Positions 10,613 to 20,848 of a stretch of 64,000 bases of DNA are shown one piece after another (position 1 is the first letter of the stretch; each line of letters starts with the position of its first letter). The notes beneath the pieces were generated by a model. It searched no databases. It had not been told where the DNA came from and saw only the letters and a list, made by a program, of their open reading frames with translations. The position numbers and the translations under genes are program-made. The DNA is from a virus, in the IMG/VR virus record IMGVR_UViG_3300036770_007703, positions 21,289 through 85,288 of that record; one strand, 5' to 3'.

Positions 10613-10616
10613 ACAC

Positions 10617-10820
10617 ATGAGAGCGCGAGACTTCACCAACCGTCAGTTAAAAACACTGAACACTTATCGTGTTCGCCTGCGTTTAAAGCAACCGGGTGGG
10701 TATACCCAGCAGCTGGACACCACGATCATGGCGAGAAATCCCATGATGGCTAGACGCATGTTGCAACAGCAATACAGCAATCGCAATGTCATGGTAGGAA
10801 ATCCCCGACTCATCAAATAA
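10617..10820 (+). CDS. small basic protein (MRARDF N-terminus)
   Basis: ORF track; TAAGTA 5 nt upstream. Confidence 0.65.
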   Translation: MRARDFTNRQLKTLNTYRVRLRLKQPGGYTQQLDTTIMARNPMMARRMLQQQYSNRNVMVGNPRLIK

Positions 10821-10840
10821 AACACGCGGATAAATACAAC

Positions 10841-11140
10841 ATGGGAAAAAAGAACAGTCCATGTTTTGTCCGTGCGGTGTTTGATCTCGACTGCGAATGG
10901 GAGGGATTGCCTCCGGTATATCGCATCTATTTCAACGAAGAGCTTTTTACCGAGCGTGAATGGAGATGGCAAAATGTCTATCTCCAGGAAAATCTGCGCA
11001 TAATGGCACCTCCCGGACGTTACGTGGTGCGTATACAGCCCGTGGGCCCAAATCTAGCCATATTCAGACCCTCCAATCATCGTGTCATGGCCGGCAATGC
11101 CGAATGGATAAGACCAGACATACTGGAGATACGTCGATGA
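10841..11140 (+). CDS. hypothetical protein
   Basis: ORF track; TAAATA 4 nt upstream. Confidence 0.65.
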   Translation: MGKKNSPCFVRAVFDLDCEWEGLPPVYRIYFNEELFTEREWRWQNVYLQENLRIMAPPGRYVVRIQPVGPNLAIFRPSNHRVMAGNAEWIRPDILEIRR

Positions 11141-11313
11141 GAGCTCGAGAATTCATACGCGAAAACTCAGACAGTGTCACCAGCGGTGACATAGCCACAG
11201 CAGCGGCACCCATTGGTGGAGTTATTAGTCGCATGTTGAAACCAGTGACAACTAAATATAGAAATGCTGTGACAAATTACACCCTGGAAAAGACAAAAAA
11301 TGTTGGTAGATGA
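11137..11313 (+). CDS. small protein with MRAREFIRE N-terminus
   Basis: In-frame ATG at 11137 with ATGA overlap. Confidence 0.65.
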   Translation: MRAREFIRENSDSVTSGDIATAAAPIGGVISRMLKPVTTKYRNAVTNYTLEKTKNVGR

Positions 11314-11743
11314 CCTCAAAACACTGTTGGCCACGCAATATGCGTTCGTGATCAAAGCACAGTTCTTCCACTGGAACGTGGAAGGTCCTGACTTTGCACA
11401 ATTACATCGATTCTTTGGCAAGATCTACGAAGAGGTGTACGAAAACAGCATAGACCAGACCGCAGAATTCATACGCATACTCGACGACTACACACCTGGC
11501 AGTTTTGAGAGATTCGGCGAGCTCAGCCTCATCACTGGACAGATCAAGGTACCGCGTGCCAGTCTCATGATCCAGGAGCTCTTGGCCGACACACAGACCT
11601 TGATCGATCAGCTCAACACCACGTTTGATGCAGCCGAGGCCGAAGATCAACAGGGCATCATGGACTTCCTGGCCGGACGAATCGACGCCATGGGCAAACA
11701 CCGTTGGATGCTGAAGAGTTTCCTGAAAGAAGATCGAGCATGA
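11300..11743 (+). CDS. dps: Dps / DNA-protecting ferritin-like protein
   Basis: AQFFHWNVEGPDFAQLHRFF..IYEE...DQTAEFIR...KHRWML Dps signature. Confidence 0.9.
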   Translation: MLVDDLKTLLATQYAFVIKAQFFHWNVEGPDFAQLHRFFGKIYEEVYENSIDQTAEFIRILDDYTPGSFERFGELSLITGQIKVPRASLMIQELLADTQTLIDQLNTTFDAAEAEDQQGIMDFLAGRIDAMGKHRWMLKSFLKEDRA

Positions 11744-12501
11744 AGATACGCGATGTCAAACAATTGCCGGCCCGCTTTCAGCCCGCCAATACATCACCGC
11801 AGCTGAGTGGTCCCTATCCCGGACGCAATGCCACACGCGGATATCTCGTAGGTGAAGACCAAGAACAAAATGTTTCGGAAGCTGGCTACAATCCCTTGGA
11901 TGCGGAACGTCGCGAGCAACGTGCCATGGATCAAGAACGTCGGCAGTTCAAGAGAGATGAACTTGAATTTGAACTGGGCGGCGAAGAAGAGCGCATGCGT
12001 GCCTACAATGAAGGCACCTTCTATCTGCGCATCAACGGACGCATCTGGCGGCGAAATGGAGAACCTGTTGCTTTCCAAGGACGCCAGCATGCAGCACGCG
12101 CCGGACAGACCATCAAGGATCGTGATCCTAAACGCGATGTGGTGATCACCCGTGATGCTCGAGATCAGACTCCGGTGTCTGAAGCACGTGATACCACCTA
12201 CGAGGACATACTCAGTAGCCTACAGCGCAAACTGGGCGACTATCTACAGGATGTGGCCACTGCTGTGAAAAACGATCCCGACCTCCTGGACAAAAAGCCG
12301 CAGCTCAAAGACATACAAGCTGTGAAAACTCTGCGCACCGATGATGGGCACGAGATCAAGATACACGGCAACGAAGATGATGGATTCCGTATTTCGATCC
12401 GCAACCGAGACATCCCCACACATTTCCGAGATCTCGATGAGGCCATCATGGCTTCGGAGATGTACTGCCAGCGCCGGCGTGATTATCGACAAGAAGCCTG
12501 A
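11740..12501 (+). CDS. multi-module hypothetical protein with LVGE/NVSE/PVSE linkers
   Basis: ATGA overlap with dps; linker motifs. Confidence 0.6.
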   Translation: MKIRDVKQLPARFQPANTSPQLSGPYPGRNATRGYLVGEDQEQNVSEAGYNPLDAERREQRAMDQERRQFKRDELEFELGGEEERMRAYNEGTFYLRINGRIWRRNGEPVAFQGRQHAARAGQTIKDRDPKRDVVITRDARDQTPVSEARDTTYEDILSSLQRKLGDYLQDVATAVKNDPDLLDKKPQLKDIQAVKTLRTDDGHEIKIHGNEDDGFRISIRNRDIPTHFRDLDEAIMASEMYCQRRRDYRQEA

Positions 12502-12503
12502 TC

Positions 12504-13667
12504 ATGAACCTACAAGATCTATTTGAGAACAACGAACCCACTGCCATGGCCCAGGCTGTGACACGGAGGATACTGAGCACACGCAGTGACCTCTTGAGCC
12601 GCTACGGAGTCGAAGCTGTGAGCCAGGCCATTGATGATGTCACAGGCGACGGTGATTGGGAAGAGATCGGCAGCTCAGACGTGAGTGCTTATGTGAGATA
12701 TGTGGAAGATTACCTGCGAGATCACCATGGCAGCCGCGAGGAGATGGCGGACCGAAAGCCATTCGCCGAACAAGGTGTCTCGGAAGGCTTCATAGACACC
12801 ATAAAGGGTGCTGCCAAAGAACTCACCAGAGACAGCCTGCAGAAGAAGATCAAGCAGGCCTGGGAAAATACATTCTGGCCCCGGCATGTGGAGCCTGCAC
12901 TGAACCGCATCCAGATCGATGGTCGACCATTCCGCAAAATGGTCTTGGGAGAGCCACGCATGATCGAAAATGATCGCAGCCAGCGTGCCTTGCTCAAGCA
13001 GTATACCGTGAACATAGTGTTCCCCATCGACCCCCAGGACTGGTCCGGTGATGAGATCCGGTATCTAGAAGGACAACTGCAAGACATCCAAGATGGAGCA
13101 TGGAATCCCAAGGTACAGGGGCTGGGATTGGTCAGTTTCGACCAGCCCATGAAGAGTTTCCAATATACCCGCAGCGAGACACCCGACCTTGTGATACCTG
13201 TGAGGATCACCAGCCTGGACATCAATCGAGGATTGGTGGGCGAGCAAGGTGTGGCGGAAAACCAACGCCGTTTCAACAACGTCAACGACGATGATCTCTA
13301 TGCTGTAGATCCACGAACCAAAGAGATCATAGCTCACCTTGGCAATCCCTACAACAATAGAACGGCTGTATTGATCAAAAAGAGACAGCATGAACAGCAG
13401 GGCCATGAGGTCATGTCAGGCATGCGAGCTAAATTCAACAGAGATGTCAACGAGCAACAGATCCAAGAAGATCGTGTTGTGCCTGTGGTCGTCATTGGAT
13501 CTGACAACAAGAAAATAGATCGTCGAATTCGTATCGCACCTGGCACCAAAGATCCCATACTTGCCATCATGAGATACTACGCCCGGCAAGGACAAGAACT
13601 TTACTCGGTGAACGGCCAACGAGTGGGAGCGGGTGCTCTGGCCGAAGCAGACTCAGATCATGAATGA
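12504..13667 (+). CDS. multi-module hypothetical protein with EQGVSE/EQGVAE/EQQIQE linkers
   Basis: ORF track; MNLQDLFE N-terminus; repeated linkers. Confidence 0.65.
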   Translation: MNLQDLFENNEPTAMAQAVTRRILSTRSDLLSRYGVEAVSQAIDDVTGDGDWEEIGSSDVSAYVRYVEDYLRDHHGSREEMADRKPFAEQGVSEGFIDTIKGAAKELTRDSLQKKIKQAWENTFWPRHVEPALNRIQIDGRPFRKMVLGEPRMIENDRSQRALLKQYTVNIVFPIDPQDWSGDEIRYLEGQLQDIQDGAWNPKVQGLGLVSFDQPMKSFQYTRSETPDLVIPVRITSLDINRGLVGEQGVAENQRRFNNVNDDDLYAVDPRTKEIIAHLGNPYNNRTAVLIKKRQHEQQGHEVMSGMRAKFNRDVNEQQIQEDRVVPVVVIGSDNKKIDRRIRIAPGTKDPILAIMRYYARQGQELYSVNGQRVGAGALAEADSDHE

Positions 13668-13842
13668 TGGATTGTTGCGCGAGTATCGATTCGAAGTGAT
13701 CGATCGCCAAGAGCGGATCACCGAATACTTGATCATGGCCAACAATTTTGAACAAGCCCGGCTTGATCTCAGCAAACTCATCATGCCCGACACTGTGATC
13801 AAACTGATCGATCGACAGGCCAACCCGGATCGATATCTATGA
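13660..13842 (+). CDS. small hypothetical protein
   Basis: In-frame ATG overlapping upstream stop; fills gap. Confidence 0.5.
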   Translation: MNDGLLREYRFEVIDRQERITEYLIMANNFEQARLDLSKLIMPDTVIKLIDRQANPDRYL

Positions 13843-14498
13843 GAGCAAAAGAATTCGCCCAATCAGTAAAAGAATATGAACAGGACACCACTCGATCAAA
13901 CGAGATAGAGAGAGTGATGACTCGAGCCGGTTACAAAATGTTGGGTGGCGGTGCTGAGGCAACAGCATGGGCTCGACAGTCTGGACCAGTCATCAAAGTG
14001 ATCATGCCTGATGAACACATCATAAACACCGATCCGGCCATGCAGTCATTTAAACGTTTCTATAAACTTACTAAAAAATATCCCAGCAAACATTGGCCAA
14101 TTTTTTACAGTATGAAGGATGAGAATGGTGTCGCTTCAGAGTTCGCCAAGTTCCGAATCGGAAACAGAAAGTACATGCAAATAGCCATCGAGAGACTGCA
14201 AGAACTAACTCCCAGAGAAGAAGAACTTGTAGAAGAAATGTCATCGCTTATTGCTGATGGAACATCATACAAAGAGTTCGTGGAAGAAGAACTTCCAGTG
14301 ATAAAAAGATTCAATCCACCCACATACAAAATAGCACAGGCAATAAAACTTCAGTTGCCCACGTTATGGGCTGCCATGGAAATGGCATACAAAAAATCAA
14401 GTCATAGATACGAGTGGGATCTACATGGCGGCAATGTCATGAAACGTGCAGATGGAACCCTGGTCATCACCGATCCTTTTATACAATGGGCAGGTTGA
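13839..14498 (+). CDS. protein-kinase-like enzyme (T7 gp0.7/APH-like fold)
   Basis: LGGGAEATAW Gly loop, VIK, WDLHGGNVM catalytic loop, LVITDP. Confidence 0.75.
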   Translation: MRAKEFAQSVKEYEQDTTRSNEIERVMTRAGYKMLGGGAEATAWARQSGPVIKVIMPDEHIINTDPAMQSFKRFYKLTKKYPSKHWPIFYSMKDENGVASEFAKFRIGNRKYMQIAIERLQELTPREEELVEEMSSLIADGTSYKEFVEEELPVIKRFNPPTYKIAQAIKLQLPTLWAAMEMAYKKSSHRYEWDLHGGNVMKRADGTLVITDPFIQWAG

Positions 14499-14499
14499 T

Positions 14500-14787
14500 A
14501 TGAGAGCCAGCGAATTCGTCACCGAAAAGTGGAGCCAAAAATACAAGCGTAGCATCAACTGTGATCGTCCCCGTGGATTCAGCCAGCGTGCGCATTGTGC
14601 TGGGCGCAAGAAAACCGACGAAGAAGAGCAATTGGATGAGCTGAATTTCTTGGGCAGTCCCTGTACCAAGGATTGCAGTGGGCATCGTGCCGGTTATGAA
14701 TGGAGCCGTCGAAACGGAGGACGAGCTCCGGCTTCTTGGAGTCCCAGTTTCAACAAAGGTGCGGCTTTACAACGATCGGGCAAATAG
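14500..14787 (+). CDS. two Cys-containing micro-modules behind MRASEFVTE N-terminus
   Basis: WSQKYKRSINCDRPRGFSQRAHCAGRKK, linker QLDE, FLGSPCTKDCSGHRAGYEW. Confidence 0.7.
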   Translation: MRASEFVTEKWSQKYKRSINCDRPRGFSQRAHCAGRKKTDEEEQLDELNFLGSPCTKDCSGHRAGYEWSRRNGGRAPASWSPSFNKGAALQRSGK

Positions 14788-14801
14788 TGTATACTAAAGG
14801 C

Positions 14802-15035
14802 ATGCCCAAGAATCCTGTGATTTTCGAAAGTCCCGATGGCGGACATACTGTGTACCAAAGAGAAATAGGCAGCGATCATCGAGAACTCATCATAGAGGAC
14901 TCGACCATACTCACTCAGCGCGAACGATTGGTGGAAAAACAGTTATGGCACAACATACTGGAGGCCAGCCGCAGCGATGCCGTGCTCCGAGAACTGTTGG
15001 ATCGAGCTCTTGTCTACTATGAACTCAAAAAATAA
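14802..15035 (+). CDS. hypothetical protein
   Basis: In-frame ATG just after TATACT; IFESPDGGHTVY. Confidence 0.6.
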   Translation: MPKNPVIFESPDGGHTVYQREIGSDHRELIIEDSTILTQRERLVEKQLWHNILEASRSDAVLRELLDRALVYYELKK

Positions 15036-15597
15036 ATCCATATCCGAAAGCAGCGGATACAGCCTCAAAGGCAGCTTCACTCGAGACCTCACCACCAGCA
15101 AGGTATGGTTGCTGATGGAACTTGCTCGCATACGACCACGAGTGGGAACTGTTTACAATCTAGGTTCTTGGTATGGAAATCTGGCCATGTACTTCAATCT
15201 GCTGCCCCTGGTTCGAGCTCGCAAAATCATCAATGTAGAACAACAATCTCAATGGTTGCGCCAAGGTGCACGCATGCTGCGCCTCATGGGTGCCCAGAAC
15301 GTGATCAACATGCACCAAGATGCCAATGATCTAGACTATCCACAGCTGGATGGCAACGGAGTGGTCATCAATACCAGTGTCAACGACATGCCTGGACGAG
15401 ACTGGTATGATCATGTGCCAAACAACACACTGATGATCATGCAGACCCGAGATCACAATCCCAATCGCAGCGACTACGAAAACAACGACGAAATCTTGCA
15501 AGCGTTTCCCTTGCGCCGTGTGCTGTATCGCGGCCGCCTGGATCTCACAGACCCTGAAACCGAATACACACGCTACATGGTGATTGGCATCAAATGA
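15019..15597 (+). CDS. class I SAM-dependent methyltransferase-like protein
   Basis: SKVWLL...VYNLGSWYG (motif I), VVINTS, RYMVIG. Confidence 0.65.
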   Translation: MNSKNKSISESSGYSLKGSFTRDLTTSKVWLLMELARIRPRVGTVYNLGSWYGNLAMYFNLLPLVRARKIINVEQQSQWLRQGARMLRLMGAQNVINMHQDANDLDYPQLDGNGVVINTSVNDMPGRDWYDHVPNNTLMIMQTRDHNPNRSDYENNDEILQAFPLRRVLYRGRLDLTDPETEYTRYMVIGIK

Positions 15598-16727
15598 CAT
15601 TGAACGCAACAGTGTCAGGCCTGGATCATCATCTCCTCACTCCGCACGAAGGTTTTGATATACAGCACTGGGATCAGTGTTTGGATCATACCCAACGGGT
15701 GTTTGATTGGTTGCCTTCGGTGTTTCGAGATGGAAAATCCACCTATTGCCTGCTCAATGTCAACAATCCCACGGACTCCACCATACCCGATCTCCCACAG
15801 CATTACGATCGCTATGTGATATCTTTCCATCTCGAGTATCCGCGTTATTGGTGGATAGAGAAATTTTGTCAGCATTTCTCGGATCGAGAAGTGGTGCTGA
15901 TAACCCAGTTCGATCATTTTCATCTCCACATACCCAATCTCCGTGTGCTGTGCTATGATGTGTGGCCCGAGGTTCTGGAACTGCTGCGCGAACACGGCCA
16001 TTTCGTTCCGTTACCATCAACACCGCGCACACACAAGCTCAGCGCACTGTGCAACCGTGTCAGCCAGATCAAGGCTTACGTGGTGTGGTATCTCTATCGA
16101 AGACACGATGCCGACCAATGCATATTGTCATGGCATTGCAATGTGACCAAGCCCGAAGATTTGTTTTTTATGTCGGCCACTGGCAATGCCCGCATCGACG
16201 ATCTCACGACGTGGATGCAACAAAACCGTGTGCTAGAAAAGCGCATCATACCCGATCGTTTCTCCAACACTCCACTGGCCAATTTTGACTATAGCATACC
16301 GGCCTATCTAGACTGCGTGGTCAACTGCACCAACGAAAGCTGGAACCATTCGTATCAGCGTGTGGATGGTCGAGAATATGTGTTGCCCGGACCTTATCTC
16401 ACTGAAAAGACCTGGAAACCTTTGCTGTCCGGCACCGCGCTGTTGCCGGCCGGGCAGTACAACAACTATCGCACCCTAGAATCCCTGGGATTCCGCTTTG
16501 ATTATCCCTGGGATCTCAGTTACGACGACGAAGTTGGCGACCTAAAAAGATTTGATCGACTGTTTGATGTGCTGGATTCCATCATGTCCCTGGATCTAGA
16601 TTATCTGCGACGGCGCACACAACGCAGCAATGAGCACAATCAGCGCCACATACTACAGGGCGGCTTCACCCAGCGTGCTCGACGAGTCAATCAACAACGA
16701 TTGGAAAAATATCGATATGGTCAATGA
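15594..16727 (+). CDS. glycosyltransferase-like (GT10-like C-terminus) protein
   Basis: CTNES...YLTEKTWKPLL...LESLGF.FDY..SYD. Confidence 0.5.
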   Translation: MTLNATVSGLDHHLLTPHEGFDIQHWDQCLDHTQRVFDWLPSVFRDGKSTYCLLNVNNPTDSTIPDLPQHYDRYVISFHLEYPRYWWIEKFCQHFSDREVVLITQFDHFHLHIPNLRVLCYDVWPEVLELLREHGHFVPLPSTPRTHKLSALCNRVSQIKAYVVWYLYRRHDADQCILSWHCNVTKPEDLFFMSATGNARIDDLTTWMQQNRVLEKRIIPDRFSNTPLANFDYSIPAYLDCVVNCTNESWNHSYQRVDGREYVLPGPYLTEKTWKPLLSGTALLPAGQYNNYRTLESLGFRFDYPWDLSYDDEVGDLKRFDRLFDVLDSIMSLDLDYLRRRTQRSNEHNQRHILQGGFTQRARRVNQQRLEKYRYGQ

Positions 16728-17535
16728 GCTGGGCGTGACTGGTGCCAGTATATCACGCTGTCCTTGGTTGACCTGGGTGGACTTTTTGCTCGACGATCTA
16801 GGATCGCCGGCCCTGCGCAACTATGCTTGCAAGGGTGCCGGAAATAGGTATATTTCGCACAGCGCCATGAAACTGTCACAGGATCTAGTTGATGAAGCTG
16901 TTGTGGCTGTGATGTTCACCAACTTTGACAAGTTTGATCAATGGGTACAAGGCAGTGTATTGGAAAGCCTGCGCGATGAACGGCATGTTCCAAGATGGAT
17001 CAACGGCGACGTGGCACGAGATCGCGGCTATTGGTGTACCGGCAGTCATTTTCCCAAAATCAAATCTCTGTATCGAGACCACTACTTCGATGTCACGCAG
17101 TTGGCTCTCCAGTCGTTGAACGACATCGCAGCCGCTGTGGCTGTGCTGAAACGGCGCCGTCCTTCGCTGTTGGTGATGTTTGACAGTCCGGTGTTGTGTT
17201 GCACCGAACAACACATCAACACGCTGACACAACGCAGCCATGGAGATCTATCACTGGAATCTGATCGGTCCATGCAACCGTTGATCGACTATGTACGAGA
17301 TCATGTCGTGGATTTCCGGGGACTGATTGGACACTGCTGGGACCACGATCTTCCCTGGCAGCACTCGGTGTATGGACCGCACCCGCCCAGCAACAGCCAC
17401 CTCAGTTACTACGAACTGTGTGTGAGACCCTGGATACAAAGGAATTGGACCCACTGTGATCTAATGGGCATAGCAAATGAAACTCGCAGCATGGCCGACA
17501 AGATGACGAAAAAATGGCATCAGTCGGGATTTTGA
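16717..17535 (+). CDS. SGNH/GDSL-like protein
   Basis: GASIS..TW, GAGNRYI, C-terminal HP. Confidence 0.5.
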   Translation: MVNELGVTGASISRCPWLTWVDFLLDDLGSPALRNYACKGAGNRYISHSAMKLSQDLVDEAVVAVMFTNFDKFDQWVQGSVLESLRDERHVPRWINGDVARDRGYWCTGSHFPKIKSLYRDHYFDVTQLALQSLNDIAAAVAVLKRRRPSLLVMFDSPVLCCTEQHINTLTQRSHGDLSLESDRSMQPLIDYVRDHVVDFRGLIGHCWDHDLPWQHSVYGPHPPSNSHLSYYELCVRPWIQRNWTHCDLMGIANETRSMADKMTKKWHQSGF

Positions 17536-17546
17536 TATATAATCTT

Positions 17547-18832
<1,286 letters not shown>

Positions 18833-18836
<4 letters not shown>

Positions 18837-18860
18837 CATTCTTCTAGCATCTGTTATACT
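18833..18860 (+). promoter_or_regulatory. sigma70-type promoter
   Basis: TTGACA-16 nt-TATACT with TG extended -10. Confidence 0.7.
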
Positions 18861-18881
18861 AGTATTTTTCCTGGAGATAAA

Positions 18882-19142
18882 ATGGACACTCGAACTTTCA
18901 GCGCAGAACAAAAAGCCAAACTCACACAGATCATCAACGAAGGCATGCAGGTCATGCATGAAGTGGAAACACTCAACGGTGGACTCAGCGACACCATCAA
19001 GGCCGTGGCCGAAGAACTTGAGATCAAACCCAATGTGCTCAAAAAGGCCATACGACTGGCACACAAGGCTGAATTTGGCAAAGAGCAGCAGGATCATGCC
19101 TTGCTGGAAACCATCCTTACCACAGTGGGCAAAACTCTTTGA
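18882..19142 (+). CDS. T4 DsbA/GapR-like dsDNA-binding protein
   Basis: 86-aa helical protein, DTIKAVAEELEIKPNVLKKAIRLAHK; SD GGAG. Confidence 0.6.
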   Translation: MDTRTFSAEQKAKLTQIINEGMQVMHEVETLNGGLSDTIKAVAEELEIKPNVLKKAIRLAHKAEFGKEQQDHALLETILTTVGKTL

Positions 19143-19925
19143 ATGTTTGTGCGCAGATCGTACCTGGAACAGAACCCGGTATTTTCGATCGCGCACGATT
19201 TTGGATATGAAAATCTGGTAGTAAGTGGTTGCAGTTTCACTTTCAACAACAGTGAAACCCATGCCAGCAGCTGGCCCTACTACCTGAGAGAGTTGGGTGG
19301 ATTCAAGAAAGTGTATGATTGTTCGTTGCCCGGGGCCGGCAACTATCACATCAGTCATGCATTGCAATGGTCACTGACCCAAGAAGGCCTGGATCCCAGT
19401 GAGACCTTGGTATTGGTGATGTGGTCCGGCCATGACCGAGATGACACCATTGCCGGTGTATCAGCATTGGATCCCGGCTACACGACCAAACACTACTACA
19501 CCCCGGGAGTGGTGTCTGCGGTCACAGGAGGCAGCATCTTGGATGCTCGCGGAAACACACGCAATGGACTGGACTGCATGCGATCGATCAAGACTCCAGA
19601 GTCTCGAGCCGTGGAAAACTATCTCTACATCGATGCTCTGCGAGCCTGGCTGGTTCACAATGGTTATCGGTCGGTGTTTGTGGATTATCTAGATCCGTCT
19701 CTGCCCAATCGCACCCGGAATTTCAACATACGAGATCATCTCCCAACTGCGTGCCAACAACGATTGGATGCTGTGTTTGCTGACTGTGTGGACATCTATG
19801 CATTTTGTGTCAAAAATGATCTGTTGTACGAAGATGATCTGCACCCCAGTGCCAACGGACATCTGGCTTGGACCCGCCAATGTTTGATACCTTGTCTCAA
19901 ATCGCTGAACATCGACAACAAGTGA
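19143..19925 (+). CDS. SGNH/GDSL-like protein
   Basis: VVSGCSFT, GAGN, DDLHPSANGH. Confidence 0.65.
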   Translation: MFVRRSYLEQNPVFSIAHDFGYENLVVSGCSFTFNNSETHASSWPYYLRELGGFKKVYDCSLPGAGNYHISHALQWSLTQEGLDPSETLVLVMWSGHDRDDTIAGVSALDPGYTTKHYYTPGVVSAVTGGSILDARGNTRNGLDCMRSIKTPESRAVENYLYIDALRAWLVHNGYRSVFVDYLDPSLPNRTRNFNIRDHLPTACQQRLDAVFADCVDIYAFCVKNDLLYEDDLHPSANGHLAWTRQCLIPCLKSLNIDNK

Positions 19926-19932
19926 GCACATC

Positions 19933-20823
19933 GTGTCCAATCAAGCGCGGATCACACTGACTTCGCCCGATGGCAAGGATTCGGTGTGGGCCACCATCAA
20001 CCTCATTGACAATCCCGGAGTGCAGGCCTGGCAACAAGCCGTGAGGAAGAATCCCCGGCAGCGTGATGTTTTGCCCATGCATCGATTCCGAGAACCCTAT
20101 GCTCGAGATCCGCAGTTCGATCGAGCATATCGAGATCTCTTGATCGTGGCCCACCAGTTAAAGGACACCGATTATGCACTGCCCGAACCAGTGCCCTCGG
20201 TGCAGGAAATATCACAGCCGTGGTGCAATCGTGCGCATCGGCATTTCACTCACGCACATCAACGATTGACCGAAAACTACAGCTGGGATCACCCGCACTA
20301 TGTGAAACACTATCCGTTGCTGTCGCGATTGAACGATCATGTACACATGGTAGAGATATATCATGATTGTTGGCCGCGGCACATGAACACTTGGTTCACT
20401 CCACACATCACTTGCTTGGCCAACATGGACTACGAAGCTGTGCCGATTCCTGATGCTGGTCAGTATCACAGCTGGCAACATCATGACGTGATACTGGATG
20501 CCTACATCTTGGGCAAGACCACTATATGCAGTTTCCTCGACGACGACGATCCTCGAGATTGGGATACCACCGGACATCACATCACTGCCGGTGGATTCAT
20601 GATACTGTTTGACGATCATCGCCAGAAAATCTATCAAAGTCCGGAGTTCCAGGCATGGCTGTCTAAATACCAGGTCACCAAGCAAGATATTCCCGGAGAC
20701 TTTCCCTTGGGAAATCTGGATCCAGCTCACCGACAACGGTTGCAGCAGTTTTGGCCACGCATGGATCCAAATTGGCGATGCGACATCGAATTGACCGTTG
20801 ACCATCACAGAGAAACATGTTAG
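19933..20823 (+). CDS. hypothetical protein
   Basis: 296-aa ORF in operon. Confidence 0.6.
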   Translation: MSNQARITLTSPDGKDSVWATINLIDNPGVQAWQQAVRKNPRQRDVLPMHRFREPYARDPQFDRAYRDLLIVAHQLKDTDYALPEPVPSVQEISQPWCNRAHRHFTHAHQRLTENYSWDHPHYVKHYPLLSRLNDHVHMVEIYHDCWPRHMNTWFTPHITCLANMDYEAVPIPDAGQYHSWQHHDVILDAYILGKTTICSFLDDDDPRDWDTTGHHITAGGFMILFDDHRQKIYQSPEFQAWLSKYQVTKQDIPGDFPLGNLDPAHRQRLQQFWPRMDPNWRCDIELTVDHHRETC

Positions 20824-20826
20824 AAT
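20798..20826 (+). promoter_or_regulatory. sigma70-type promoter for DNA polymerase
   Basis: TTGACC-17 nt-TAGAAT with TG extended -10. Confidence 0.6.
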
Positions 20827-20848
20827 AACTCATCAACGAGGGAAAACA

